64,000 bases of DNA from a virus (IMGVR_UViG_3300032295_001098:30978-94977), one strand, 5' to 3'. Shown: positions 8,763-18,328, counted from the first letter of the stretch. Notes: generated by a model from the letters alone, not told the origin. Numbers and translations: made by a program.

Positions 8763-9389
8763 TCACATCTCGTTAGGTTTTTTGGCTTTAGGGTTAGGAA
8801 TTGTTGCCTTCGGGTAAGTCTTGTTGGCAACTGAAGGTGCATCAATGCGCTTAGTGCGCTTGCTAGGTTTGTCGTTAGGCAACAATGCCATGCGCCGTTC
8901 ACGCTTTGCTTTACGGGTTGCATTTAGTTTTTCTGTAGCCATTGCTTTAACAGTTGCATTGCGCTCTTCAACATACTTGTCTCTGCCAGCCATATACTCA
9001 TCATGAGTAGCAGGAGCGCCTACCGTCTTACCCAGTAAGCGTGGATGGTTCTTTTCTAGTTGCTCAGGTGACGCTGTTTTACCTGTTGACTCAAGTCTTT
9101 CAACTGTCTGGGTATTTGGGTCACGCAAAGCAATGCGAACGTTTCCTACATCACCAATGTGGCTTGTCTTGGTTGAAATGTTGCGCTCAATTTTAATACG
9201 GTTAGTCCACTTGACTGGATACCCAGCATCGTCTGGACCAAGTGTCCCCGCTTCACGAGCAGGGGTATGGATCATAGGGACAACAGTTTCAGTAGGTTCT
9301 TCTGAAGACTTAGCCGTATTTGGTAGATCCCATATTTTAAATGGAGACTCTGAACCAGCGCCAGATGCGAAGTGGTCTTTACGAGCCAT
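8763..9389 (-). CDS. Hypothetical protein with Lys/Arg-rich C-terminus
   Basis: Co-oriented, TAATG coupling. Confidence 0.65.
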   Translation of the reverse strand: MARKDHFASGAGSESPFKIWDLPNTAKSSEEPTETVVPMIHTPAREAGTLGPDDAGYPVKWTNRIKIERNISTKTSHIGDVGNVRIALRDPNTQTVERLESTGKTASPEQLEKNHPRLLGKTVGAPATHDEYMAGRDKYVEERNATVKAMATEKLNATRKAKRERRMALLPNDKPSKRTKRIDAPSVANKTYPKATIPNPKAKKPNEM

Positions 9390-9670
9390 TAACGACCAGA
9401 TACATCGTATGGTTTGGCGTACCCGTTCTTCATGCCCCAGTCTTTATCCATCTCTGACAATCGTGCATCAACTTGTGCAGTTGTCATTGCTGGCTTACCG
9501 CCTGATCCCAGTTTTCCTTGGGCATCAAGTTGTTTAGGAGAGCCAGTTGGACGAGTCTTTACCCACGATGGTGGCTCAGGTGGAGCGCTACGCATACCAC
9601 GATGTGGCTCGTTGTTTGAAATACGGCTGTGGATGCTCATGGCTGTTAATAACCTAGTTCTTTCAACCAA
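9389..9670 (-). CDS. Hypothetical protein (start possibly 9640)
   Basis: Co-oriented ORF. Confidence 0.55.
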   Translation of the reverse strand: MVERTRLLTAMSIHSRISNNEPHRGMRSAPPEPPSWVKTRPTGSPKQLDAQGKLGSGGKPAMTTAQVDARLSEMDKDWGMKNGYAKPYDVSGR

Positions 9671-9951
9671 CTGTCGTCTTCTGGAGCGCTTGACTGAGGT
9701 TCAGGTGCTTTAGCAGGAATTGCTTTACCCCATACGTCTGTTTTTGCCTGCCCAAACTTACCTTGTTCGTAAGCCCTGTTTTGAGGAGCCATAGGCTTAT
9801 CGCCAAAAATCCCTCTAGATGGTTTGTAACCAGCGGATGAAAAATCGTTAACTGCACCTGGAACGTACGCTTGCCCTGGTTGGCTAAACTGTTTCTTCTT
9901 TGGTGGGTACTCAGAGTATGAACCACCACGAATCTTGTTAAAAATGCCCAT
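9646..9951 (-). CDS. Hypothetical Gly/Pro/Lys-rich protein
   Basis: Co-oriented ORF. Confidence 0.6.
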   Translation of the reverse strand: MGIFNKIRGGSYSEYPPKKKQFSQPGQAYVPGAVNDFSSAGYKPSRGIFGDKPMAPQNRAYEQGKFGQAKTDVWGKAIPAKAPEPQSSAPEDDSWLKELGY

Positions 9952-9953
9952 AG

Positions 9954-10160
9954 TTAGTCTTCTACTTTCGTCAAAAAGGATTTAGAGGAATCATAATCAG
10001 GATGCTTTTCCATACCTGCTGGCATGTCAAGATCATCACTGTCTTGTGTTACGCCGTGAGGGTCATCCCCACGACCTGCGTTGTAAGCACGATGGTGCAC
10101 CATTTTTGAACGGGCAGCGGCTGGAAGAGTGCCTCGCAATTTTGGGCTGATATCTGCCAC
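9954..10160 (-). CDS. Small hypothetical protein
   Basis: SD GAGGT upstream of GTG; fills the gap. Confidence 0.6.
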   Translation of the reverse strand: MADISPKLRGTLPAAARSKMVHHRAYNAGRGDDPHGVTQDSDDLDMPAGMEKHPDYDSSKSFLTKVED

Positions 10161-10162
10161 GA

Positions 10163-10453
10163 CTACCTCACAATTGGTTTGAAGGAGATAGCCGAAATGG
10201 ATTCTCCGTTATCACCAATAATATCATCAAACCCAATAATGTAAGTAAGATCAACACCACGTGGGGCAACAAAGCCTCTGGCAATTGCGGCGGCTTTTGC
10301 GGCTTGGTTAACAGCACTAGCACCGATTGCTCGCATCTTTGGCGCTTGCCCTGCGTTCACTGCACGGGCAAGAATGGATCCAACGCTCTGTGGGTTGCTG
10401 GAACCCGAGACTTTAAGGACGTCTTCAATTGGGGAATTAAGTTCTTGTGACAT
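10163..10453 (-). CDS. spoVS: Stage V sporulation protein S (SpoVS, Alba-like fold) homologue
   Basis: VLKVSGSSNPQSV...MRAIGASAVNQAAKAAAIARGFVAPRGVDL closely parallels B. subtilis ILKVSAKSSPNSV...QAIGAGALNQAVKAVAIARGFVAPSGVDL. Confidence 0.92.
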   Translation of the reverse strand: MSQELNSPIEDVLKVSGSSNPQSVGSILARAVNAGQAPKMRAIGASAVNQAAKAAAIARGFVAPRGVDLTYIIGFDDIIGDNGESISAISFKPIVR

Positions 10454-10497
10454 GTTTGTACTCCTAGTAGAACAATGAATTAAATTGTTCCCAAAGT

Positions 10498-10863
10498 TTA
10501 GAAGTACTCTGCCTCTTTCAAGAGTTCTATCAGGTCATCTAGCCTCATCACAGCGTACGACTCACCCAACGCTTTTTCCCCTTTACCTTTCCTCTTCACT
10601 ACCAACGCAGGAACGCCATCACCTAGACGATCCGCCTGCTCTACAGTGTCATTGAGCCACCCACTGATATTGAATGACTTGTCGTTCTTGCACTGGATCG
10701 CAACCTCTCGTTCGGTCACACGGCGCACAATGCCATTGATGTCACCTGTGTCCATGGCTCCAGCAAGGGCTGTTCTGCGGGCGTTCTTAAACCCTGCACT
10801 AATCAAGTACTCCTTGACCAAGGTCTCAAAGGCTGTCCCTTTGGCTTTATGTTTATTTCCCAT
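10498..10863 (-). CDS. Holliday junction resolvase (Hjc-like PD-(D/E)XK)
   Basis: KAKGTAFE...GF..ARR..LAGAMDTGDI...IQCKN...PALVVKR. Confidence 0.85.
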   Translation of the reverse strand: MGNKHKAKGTAFETLVKEYLISAGFKNARRTALAGAMDTGDINGIVRRVTEREVAIQCKNDKSFNISGWLNDTVEQADRLGDGVPALVVKRKGKGEKALGESYAVMRLDDLIELLKEAEYF

Positions 10864-11260
10864 AACCCAAACTTTCTAAGGCATCTCTACCTTTAAAACT
10901 AATCTTGTATATACCTTGTGACCCCCCAGCACGGCTTAAGCGCTTTCTAAAAGTGTCAGTAAGGTACCCTTCTTCTTTAAGATGTGACACCAATACCCAC
11001 CAACCATGTGCGGTCTGATCTAGCCCTGTGTACTCACCCATTTCATCTGTAGTCATATCTTTATGTTCGGCGTAAGCACTAAGGATTGTGTAATACCTGT
11101 TACCTTCAACGAGTACTACTTTTTCTTTGTCATCCTTCTTCTTAGTAGAGACTTTGGCTTCTTTAAGTAAAGTTGTAAGTCTTTCAATTTCACTAGCGGC
11201 TTCTACACAATCCGCTTTTTTAGGGAAGTCAGAACGAAGTCTTTCTATTAATGTAGGCAT
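10853..11260 (-). CDS. Winged-helix-like DNA-binding protein
   Basis: MTTDEMGEYTGL...VSHLKEEGYL...GIYKIS.KG; more AT-rich than neighbours. Confidence 0.55.
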   Translation of the reverse strand: MPTLIERLRSDFPKKADCVEAASEIERLTTLLKEAKVSTKKKDDKEKVVLVEGNRYYTILSAYAEHKDMTTDEMGEYTGLDQTAHGWWVLVSHLKEEGYLTDTFRKRLSRAGGSQGIYKISFKGRDALESLGYGK

Positions 11261-11269
11261 GTTATTCCT

Positions 11270-12055
11270 TTACTTATACTTTGTGATGACAGGGTACCCA
11301 GTTAGTGGGCACATTTCTAAATCTGGCGATACTGGGCTGGTGTAACTGCGGACAAGCAAACGCTGAACCCAACGGTCGGTCCCGTCATAACTGGCTTGGA
11401 ATGGCTTACGACCATGGACGGTGTTGGAGTTATCAATAATCAAAAGATCACCTCTAGTTAATGCTATTTCGTTAGTGTGCTTTTCTATTGCACGACCAAA
11501 CTCTTCTAGAGCCTCTTGAGCCGCCACTGTAGTGCCACGCATGACGGACTTGTCGTAGCACATGGTGCTACGCCCATCCTTAACTCCTAATACAGAAGTT
11601 GTAACAACAGTGTCAGGTTCTCCGTTCGTCCTAAAACTGTCATCAACAGTTGTTTCAAATAGAGGCATTGACAACAGCGCAATACAAACATCATCTAACT
11701 CAGGCAAGATGTTTTGCAACTGCGCATAAGTTGTAAAGGCTTGTGGATCACCACGTAGGCACAGCAACATAATGTAGTCAGGCTTGTACGGGTGGAAGGC
11801 TGTCTCAGTATGGAGCGCCAAGGTTGTTTTAGATGACGAAGATATCTGTGAGTACTCAGTCTTTGGGTTGGGCACAACGTTTTGAATCAGTCTGCCGTTT
11901 TGTTCTTGTTTGTACCCTACTGGTACGCCAAGGTTCTTTGCGTAATGAAACAAGGTGTCACGAGCAATAGGACAAGTATCCTCGGATATGTGTGGTGTAA
12001 TTGGGGTCGTTGGAATCGGACCAACAGGAACGTCTTTAAATAGAACGATGGTCAT
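11270..12055 (-). CDS. Fe(II)/2-oxoglutarate dioxygenase, clavaminate synthase/AsnO/VioC-like (TauD superfamily)
   Basis: QEQNGRLIQNVVP, LALHTETAFHPYKPDYIMLLCLR (HxE), GDLLIIDN..VHGRKPF..YDGTDRWVQR. Confidence 0.9.
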   Translation of the reverse strand: MTIVLFKDVPVGPIPTTPITPHISEDTCPIARDTLFHYAKNLGVPVGYKQEQNGRLIQNVVPNPKTEYSQISSSSKTTLALHTETAFHPYKPDYIMLLCLRGDPQAFTTYAQLQNILPELDDVCIALLSMPLFETTVDDSFRTNGEPDTVVTTSVLGVKDGRSTMCYDKSVMRGTTVAAQEALEEFGRAIEKHTNEIALTRGDLLIIDNSNTVHGRKPFQASYDGTDRWVQRLLVRSYTSPVSPDLEMCPLTGYPVITKYK

Positions 12056-12576
12056 GGGTTATATCGTGCTTGTCTACGCTCCTGCGGAGCAATGCTGATA
12101 CGGCGACTAAGTTCTCGGGACAACACCTGTGCACCACGCTCACAGCGCTCAAACACTGAGTCCACCATCTTGCGGTATGCACGAGAGTTCAAGTGTTCTT
12201 CCTGCTGTTCAATAACGTCAGGGTCAACATCTCGGCGGGCTTTAGCCAAGGTCACTGTGTCACCTTTAGCGGTGTCACTCCATTGACCGATCAAGCAACG
12301 TGCTTCAACGATCCGACAATTGTTTGCTTGTCGTTCTTCGTTGATTTCTGCTTCAACTAATTCTGCTTTGGCATATGACACCCATGCCATGAACTCTCCG
12401 TAGAGAGACATGAGTTCAGCGTCTGATAACTCGTCCAGATACTGAGGTACCTGTGGCATTTCCCCCGCTGGTCGTGGGGGCATCGTGAACTTCTGATTGA
12501 ACCTCTCCCTCACTGAGGAGTTGTCCTGTGAAGGGCTTGTCATTGTCATCGGTTCTGGTCGCAGTATTGTTCGCAT
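12052..12576 (-). CDS. Helical protein, possibly a UvsY-like recombination mediator
   Basis: All-helical pattern, AKARRDVDPDV, LSRELSRR end; lies in the recA/nuclease cluster. Confidence 0.45.
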   Translation of the reverse strand: MRTILRPEPMTMTSPSQDNSSVRERFNQKFTMPPRPAGEMPQVPQYLDELSDAELMSLYGEFMAWVSYAKAELVEAEINEERQANNCRIVEARCLIGQWSDTAKGDTVTLAKARRDVDPDVIEQQEEHLNSRAYRKMVDSVFERCERGAQVLSRELSRRISIAPQERRQARYNP

Positions 12577-13444
12577 CGTTTTCCTTCCAGCATGTGTTTT
12601 TAAATGGGCATTGCTTGCATGTCTTATGTTCTGAGTCCGTTACCCACGCTGGACGCATGGGTGGGACTGATGAATCTAGCGCCCGAACTACTGTTTCGCA
12701 AGCGCTAAGAATCGGATCAACTAGTTCCTGTTGGAACTGGACTACGAACTCTTTTACTTCTTGGGTGGCTTTCCATTCGTAGATAAACACCATGGTATGA
12801 ATGCCTGTGCAGTACATGTACAGCATGGCTTGACGGACATGAGACTGAAACGGTTGACGGATGCGTTTCCACATCTCATCAGGTTTACCTTCAGACTCTT
12901 TAAATATGTCATAACTCTCAAAACGGATGGTGCCAGCGCCAACACTCTTAATCTCAATAAGAAATGGCTCTTCTTTCCCGTTGTTGACAATACCGTCAGC
13001 ATGCCCAAGGATATGAAATTGATCGTTGGTTACAGGAACTTCACGATAGATAGGACCAGGGGTCCCGCATGATGGGCACTTTTGTGGACTCAAATCTACC
13101 CATTTGTGACTACAAATATCGTTCTTGCACTGCCACGTACCGTGAAGAACGCCTGCGTCACGAAGCCACCCTTGCCACTTGGCATGAATAGCGTGACCTT
13201 CTGCAAAGACGTTCAAGCGTTGAAACGCAAACTTCTCGTCTTCTTTCTCATAACCCTTGATGGTGTACCAAGACGAACGAGGGCACCAATCCTTTTTAGC
13301 AATCTCGCTTGGGTGTAGGTGAGCAGTGTCTCGTGTAGATGACAAGCGCTCTTTGATTAACTGAGCCTGCACAATAGGAATGACCTTACCTTTACTGGTA
13401 CGAGCCTTCTTATACTCCTGTAAGTGCCATGGTGTTTCAGTCAT
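12416..13444 (-). CDS. Cas4-like PD-(D/E)XK exonuclease
   Basis: LHPSE..WCPR, GHAIH, GHADG..LIEIKS, QAMLYM, C-terminal CKQCPFKNTC. Confidence 0.85.
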   Translation of the reverse strand: MTETPWHLQEYKKARTSKGKVIPIVQAQLIKERLSSTRDTAHLHPSEIAKKDWCPRSSWYTIKGYEKEDEKFAFQRLNVFAEGHAIHAKWQGWLRDAGVLHGTWQCKNDICSHKWVDLSPQKCPSCGTPGPIYREVPVTNDQFHILGHADGIVNNGKEEPFLIEIKSVGAGTIRFESYDIFKESEGKPDEMWKRIRQPFQSHVRQAMLYMYCTGIHTMVFIYEWKATQEVKEFVVQFQQELVDPILSACETVVRALDSSVPPMRPAWVTDSEHKTCKQCPFKNTCWKENDANNTATRTDDNDKPFTGQLLSEGEVQSEVHDAPTTSGGNATGTSVSGRVIRR

Positions 13445-13772
13445 CGTTTATCCCGCTCATCTCTAGAAAATCATCTTCAGTAATTATTACGTACCTACGG
13501 TTGTTAAGGTCAAACTGAAGTACAGGAAGGCGATCTTCCAAAATGGCACGTTCAACTAACTCTGATAGATCTTTATGTTTAATGGTGATTTGTTTGGTGT
13601 TGGTGGTGAACTTGTTCTCAATCAAGATGTCGGCAGTGCGTACGTCATTCTTACGCAACCAACCTGAGCCTGACCCAGCATTGCGACTTCCTTTGTAGGA
13701 CTTAGCGCTTCGCTGTTCCTGTTTCTTGGATGTCTTATTAATGGCTTTGCGGTCATCACCACCAAGGATCAT
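13437..13772 (-). CDS. Small PD-(D/E)XK nuclease (resolvase-like)
   Basis: KQE..A....G...GSGSG...KNDV....LIENK.T. Confidence 0.7.
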   Translation of the reverse strand: MILGGDDRKAINKTSKKQEQRSAKSYKGSRNAGSGSGWLRKNDVRTADILIENKFTTNTKQITIKHKDLSELVERAILEDRLPVLQFDLNNRRYVIITEDDFLEMSGINDD

Positions 13773-14785
13773 TCAAGACCAAACTTTGCAAACACTTCTT
13801 TAGTGATCTTGTCTCTCAGGTCAAGGTCTTCACGAACTGCTTGAAGCACTCCGTCCTTACCTTGCCACTTCTGGTCTCCGTAGGAGTAGTAGGCACCTGC
13901 ACGGGTAACCAACTCATATGCAATTGCAATGTTGACAACGTCTTTTACAGTGTCATACTCACCACGATTGAATCCAGGAGTATCTGCAAAGTAGTAGTCA
14001 ACTACAGCAACTTGCTGTGGTCGGTACGTCTTGTTCTTCATGGTACGAGCCTTAATGGTTTGACCTACGGTCTCGTCCTTGGCTTTGATCCACTCGTCAC
14101 GCTTTACTTCAACACGGCAGAAGTAATGGAAGTTCTTAGCCTTACCACCTGGGGTAGTGCGGTTGTCTCCCCACATCACACCAATCTTCTCACGCCACTG
14201 GTTGATCATGATGCCTGTGCACTGGCGCTCGTCATGTATCAGTGAGCGCTTCTGTGACTTAGAAGACTTGCGGAAGAACTTACCTGTGAGGCGAGCACCA
14301 AGACCAACAGTGAACTCTTCCATCATCTTTTCTGACTCGTCACTTGGTACGAGAGCAGGGAGTGAGTCAATCACGATCATGTCAACGGCACGGTTGTCCA
14401 GTGCTTTAATGACAAGGTCATAAACCTGTTCCATGATGTTGGACTCAACGACCCACAAACGGTCAAGGTCTACGCCAATGCTCTTGGCATAGTCAGGTAC
14501 GTACTCTTCAGCCGCAATCCAAAGCGCTGTAAAGTCTGGGTCAAGTGCTTGGTTAGCCGCAATGGTCTTGTATGCAAGTGCAGTCTTACCTGAAGACTCT
14601 TCACCGATGATTTCACTCCACTGGTTAGCAGGCCAACCTCCACCAAGCATGAGGTCATAGGCAAGGATGCCCGTGGTGATGCGAGGCATTAACTCACGAA
14701 CGGAACTGCCCTTAACGAGCGTGCCGTCTCCGTACTTCTTGTTCATCGCATTGATGATTGAATTGAGTGATTCGTAATCAGTCAT
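13769..14785 (-). CDS. recA: RecA recombinase
   Basis: TGILAYDLMLGGG, Walker A GEESSGKT, IVIDSLPAL, INQWREKIGVMWG..RTTPGGKA. Confidence 0.95.
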   Translation of the reverse strand: MTDYESLNSIINAMNKKYGDGTLVKGSSVRELMPRITTGILAYDLMLGGGWPANQWSEIIGEESSGKTALAYKTIAANQALDPDFTALWIAAEEYVPDYAKSIGVDLDRLWVVESNIMEQVYDLVIKALDNRAVDMIVIDSLPALVPSDESEKMMEEFTVGLGARLTGKFFRKSSKSQKRSLIHDERQCTGIMINQWREKIGVMWGDNRTTPGGKAKNFHYFCRVEVKRDEWIKAKDETVGQTIKARTMKNKTYRPQQVAVVDYYFADTPGFNRGEYDTVKDVVNIAIAYELVTRAGAYYSYGDQKWQGKDGVLQAVREDLDLRDKITKEVFAKFGLE

Positions 14786-15175
14786 TTATACTCCCCAACT
14801 AGATCCGTCGCCTTGTGAAAACCTACCGTTCCAACCACACGCATAACAACGTGGTGCTGGCTGTGCTCCGTTGATCATACTGTTTGATCCTCGTCCTACA
14901 CGGCTAAATACATAAATACTTCCGCATTCAGGACAAGTTGAGTTTCCTTCTTTACGAGCCGCTTCTCCACCTTTCCACAAGCGAATTGCATCACTCATGT
15001 TTAGTTGGTCAGTCGGTAAACGATTAGGGTCTAACAACTCTTGGTTACCTTGTTGTACTTGTTGTTGCGGTTGTGCAACAGGGAAATTTAGAACAGGAGA
15101 AGTCGGAGGTGTTGCGTACGTGCGAGGTGTTGTTGGCTTCTCCCCTGCAATCTTTTTACTCCACCAGTCACTCAT
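14786..15175 (-). CDS. Zinc-ribbon hypothetical protein
   Basis: CPECGS...RCYACGW. Confidence 0.7.
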   Translation of the reverse strand: MSDWWSKKIAGEKPTTPRTYATPPTSPVLNFPVAQPQQQVQQGNQELLDPNRLPTDQLNMSDAIRLWKGGEAARKEGNSTCPECGSIYVFSRVGRGSNSMINGAQPAPRCYACGWNGRFSQGDGSSWGV

Positions 15176-15521
15176 CGTCTTCTTCCTCCATCAGGTTGTC
15201 TAACATTATTAAAATTCTCTCTGAGTCCGCAAGTTTGTTAACTGCCGCCATACCGAACACTGTCAATATGGCAACAATCTCATCTTTAGGGGACACTAGT
15301 TTATCCGATTTCTCTAGTAGATCAGCAAACCAGTTAGCGCCTTCTAAGATTTCATTGTAAATGTCAGTAGCAATAAAGACGCCCCATCGGGACAGTACAT
15401 CTGCGTATTCCACTTCTCTTACATCTTCTGATGGTGGTGAAAACCCCATAGTGCTGGCGTAGTCCTGCCCGTCAGGGACAGACAGCATAAGGTAGAAGTT
15501 ACGCTGTTCTATTTCCTGCAT
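15168..15521 (-). CDS. Acidic hypothetical protein
   Basis: Coupled co-oriented ORF. Confidence 0.65.
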   Translation of the reverse strand: MQEIEQRNFYLMLSVPDGQDYASTMGFSPPSEDVREVEYADVLSRWGVFIATDIYNEILEGANWFADLLEKSDKLVSPKDEIVAILTVFGMAAVNKLADSERILIMLDNLMEEEDDE

Positions 15522-17602
15522 TACTTAGCGTCTGCCCAGTTGTGCGCAACATTGCAGGACACCTTGAGTGGCACACCACGCAAGATAACACCGTCACCCA
15601 TGGCTTCAATAAAACGTGGCATGATTTCCTCCCAAGAGTTCTCTGGTACAGCGGTCACGATTTCGTCATGGACCTGTACCAACATCCTAGTGTCAGTTCC
15701 TTGGAGGGCTTTTTCAATGTCAATCATGGCAATCTTGCAGATGTCAGCCGCACTGCCTTGGACCACGGCGTTAATAGCCTGTCTCTCTGCTCTGGAGCGC
15801 TTCTCATCGTCTGTGGACTTGATATCGGGCAAACGGCGTCTGCGCCCCGTCAGAGTCGTTACGTAGCCTTTGGCACGGGCTTGGGATACAACATGGCGCT
15901 TCCACTGGGTTAGCCCTGCAAACTGCTCGTAGTAACGGTTGATCATGTACTTGGCACGGTCCTCAGGGATCCCTGTGGTGCGAGCCAGTTTCATGTAACC
16001 ACCGCCGTAGGCAGTGAGGAAGTTCACTCCCTTTCCGATCTGGCGCTCTTCACTGGTTACCTCTGAAACGTCCTTGCCAAACAACAGAGCAGCAGCACCT
16101 GCGTGAATGTCAATGTCATTATTGAAGATGTGGATCAACTCAGGATCCTTAGAGAACATCGCCATGACTCGGAGTTCAATCTGGTCGTAGTCAGCCACCA
16201 TCAAGGTGTAACCCTCGGGAGCAATGAAGAGACTACGAATACTGGACTCACGAGGAATGTTCTGTAGGTTCGGATTAGAAGCAGACAAACGACCTGTAGC
16301 AGTTCGGTGCAGGTTGTATGACGGGTGCAAACGACCCTTGGACAACTTAGGCAACAGTCCGTCAACATAAGTTGATTTAAGTTTCTGAGTTTCAGACCAT
16401 TGCAAGAGCAACGTAATCGCTGGGTGCTTGGATTCCAGGCGCTTCAATGACTCTTCGTCTACTGATGGCGCTCCACCTTTGGTCTCCTTGAATGGTTTTA
16501 GTCCCAAACCACCTTCACGCTTCTTGTTAAACAAGAACGCTTGCTTGTGCTTTGTGGAGTCAGGGTTAAACCCAATTGGTGCGTACTTGGACAACTCCAA
16601 CAGAGTGTCTCGCATCTTCCCGTCTAGTTCCTTACCAAGAATCTTTAACTGGAGATGGTCTACTGGGATGCCTTCGTTCTCCATCTGCATGAGGACACGA
16701 AGCACTGCGGAGTCTTGTTCAACAACTCGGGTCAGGTCATTATGGTGCTGGAGGTAATTAGACAGACGCTCATAAAGCATCCATGTCCAACGGGCATCAA
16801 GGTGTACATAACGAGCCGCTGAATCAAATGGAACCTCATCAATGATCTTGCCCAACTTACCTTCACGGGAATAGGCGTTGTGCTTGTCATAGTTATGTTG
16901 GATCAAACTTTCAAGTGAATAAGACATCAAGTTCTCATTGATGGCGTGCTGTAAGAGCATGGTGTCCCTGAATGGATTAGACGGGACTTCGTTGTAGTAC
17001 TTGCTCAATGAGCGAGCATCAAACTTCACGTTGTGCCCAACTTTAATCAAGTCACTAAAAAACAAAGGGCGCAACTCTTCAAGTACAACGGAGCGAGACA
17101 GTTGCTCAGGTACTGGTGAGTATTGCGCTGGTATGTGGTAACGAGCCTTAGCGGTGGACTCTTGACCGCTCTTAAGAACTTTGCGGTAACCCTCAGGTGG
17201 GACAGTAGTACCGTCACCAATCTCCTCGGGTACCAAGATGGAACCACGACTGTGCCCCATAGGGATTGCCCATGAGTGTCCTTTAGTAGCGATACCTAAC
17301 CAAAAGACTTCGTTGCGCAAAGGATCAAGCGCAAGCATCTTGCGGTAATCGCCTTCTATTTTCTCCCGTGCTTTACGAGCGATGTCGGGGGAAGGGTTCT
17401 TGAGTTTTGCGACATGCGCTTTCCATTCCTTTTCAATGTGTTCAAGAAGGTCGGGATGGCGATCAAGGATTCCACGGGACTCAATGTCAAACGCAAAAGC
17501 CCCAACGTTTTGGATAACTTTGATGATTTCATGTAGTTCTGCGATGGTAGACACAACATGGGGCGCTTGGCGCCCCATGTCATTGTCGTTAGTTGTGGTC
17601 AC
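15521..17602 (-). CDS. polA: Family A DNA polymerase with 3'-5' exonuclease
   Basis: ExoI FDIES, ExoII HNVKFD, TATGRLS..NPNLQNIP, motif A DYDQIELR, motif B RQIGKGVNFLTAYG (Phe at the 762-equivalent position), motif C VHDE. Confidence 0.96.
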   Translation of the reverse strand: MTTTNDNDMGRQAPHVVSTIAELHEIIKVIQNVGAFAFDIESRGILDRHPDLLEHIEKEWKAHVAKLKNPSPDIARKAREKIEGDYRKMLALDPLRNEVFWLGIATKGHSWAIPMGHSRGSILVPEEIGDGTTVPPEGYRKVLKSGQESTAKARYHIPAQYSPVPEQLSRSVVLEELRPLFFSDLIKVGHNVKFDARSLSKYYNEVPSNPFRDTMLLQHAINENLMSYSLESLIQHNYDKHNAYSREGKLGKIIDEVPFDSAARYVHLDARWTWMLYERLSNYLQHHNDLTRVVEQDSAVLRVLMQMENEGIPVDHLQLKILGKELDGKMRDTLLELSKYAPIGFNPDSTKHKQAFLFNKKREGGLGLKPFKETKGGAPSVDEESLKRLESKHPAITLLLQWSETQKLKSTYVDGLLPKLSKGRLHPSYNLHRTATGRLSASNPNLQNIPRESSIRSLFIAPEGYTLMVADYDQIELRVMAMFSKDPELIHIFNNDIDIHAGAAALLFGKDVSEVTSEERQIGKGVNFLTAYGGGYMKLARTTGIPEDRAKYMINRYYEQFAGLTQWKRHVVSQARAKGYVTTLTGRRRRLPDIKSTDDEKRSRAERQAINAVVQGSAADICKIAMIDIEKALQGTDTRMLVQVHDEIVTAVPENSWEEIMPRFIEAMGDGVILRGVPLKVSCNVAHNWADAK

Positions 17603-17605
17603 GGC

Positions 17606-18328
17606 TTATTTGTCAAAGCCGAGTTCTTCTGATGCAATCTGCATCAAATCACGCTTAGAAGGGACCTGAATGATCTCCTCGGTGTATGCACCCTCTGTAA
17701 GTTCAGCGAGTTGCTCAGGTGTAATCACTGCAAGACCCCACTCTTCAAGGTCAGCCGCTTTGACCATCTGAAGCAAGGTGGACGATGTTGCGCCCTTACC
17801 TGTGCGTGAGATAGCCCAGTAGTGCTTATCAAGAGGACCAGTGCGGTCACTGTTGTGGAAATTCTTCAACTGGTCAATTACTCGTGGACCAATCTCCAAT
17901 GAACGGAGCGCTGGCTCTTCACCTTCGGTAAGAAGTGCAACGTTGAAATTGTGACGCTTGGATGGGCGACTGCCTGCTTTGCAAAGTGGGCAATCCTCTC
18001 CGATACAAACGAATGACTTCTGACCAGAACGCTCAAGCCAGTGCTGACCATACGAAGCGTATGGGGCATCACCAATGAAGCGAATGATCTGAGTGTCTTC
18101 GGTCAACTTAAGACGGACGGCGTAGTTGCTGTCGCCTGTCTTTACGGAGTCAACACCGCTCCAACCACTGCGGACAACACGGCGTGCTTTTGGAGCATCG
18201 TCTTCGTCTGCAACACGGGCTGGTCGTGGCTTGGCTGTAATCTCATCGTCATCGTTTGAGACGATTGGCTTCTTACGAACGACAGGTTGAAATTCCTGCT
18301 CGTCATCTTCAAATTCATTAAATGGCAT
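17606..18328 (-). CDS. Single-stranded DNA-binding protein (gp32-like)
   Basis: IRF....YGQHW....SFVC...CPLC, ISRTGKG..S; acidic; adjacent to the polymerase. Confidence 0.7.
   Translation of the reverse strand: MPFNEFEDDEQEFQPVVRKKPIVSNDDDEITAKPRPARVADEDDAPKARRVVRSGWSGVDSVKTGDSNYAVRLKLTEDTQIIRFIGDAPYASYGQHWLERSGQKSFVCIGEDCPLCKAGSRPSKRHNFNVALLTEGEEPALRSLEIGPRVIDQLKNFHNSDRTGPLDKHYWAISRTGKGATSSTLLQMVKAADLEEWGLAVITPEQLAELTEGAYTEEIIQVPSKRDLMQIASEELGFDK

Noticed and set aside
12416-13444. Cas4-like gene as evidence of a CRISPR-Cas system
   Set aside because: No cas1/cas2 or repeat-spacer array is present; solo Cas4-like nucleases beside recA are ordinary phage recombination genes
17130-17460. Insertions in the Pol A exonuclease domain as a possible intein or intron
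   Set aside because: They are short and in frame, with no C/S...HN splice motifs or homing endonuclease signature
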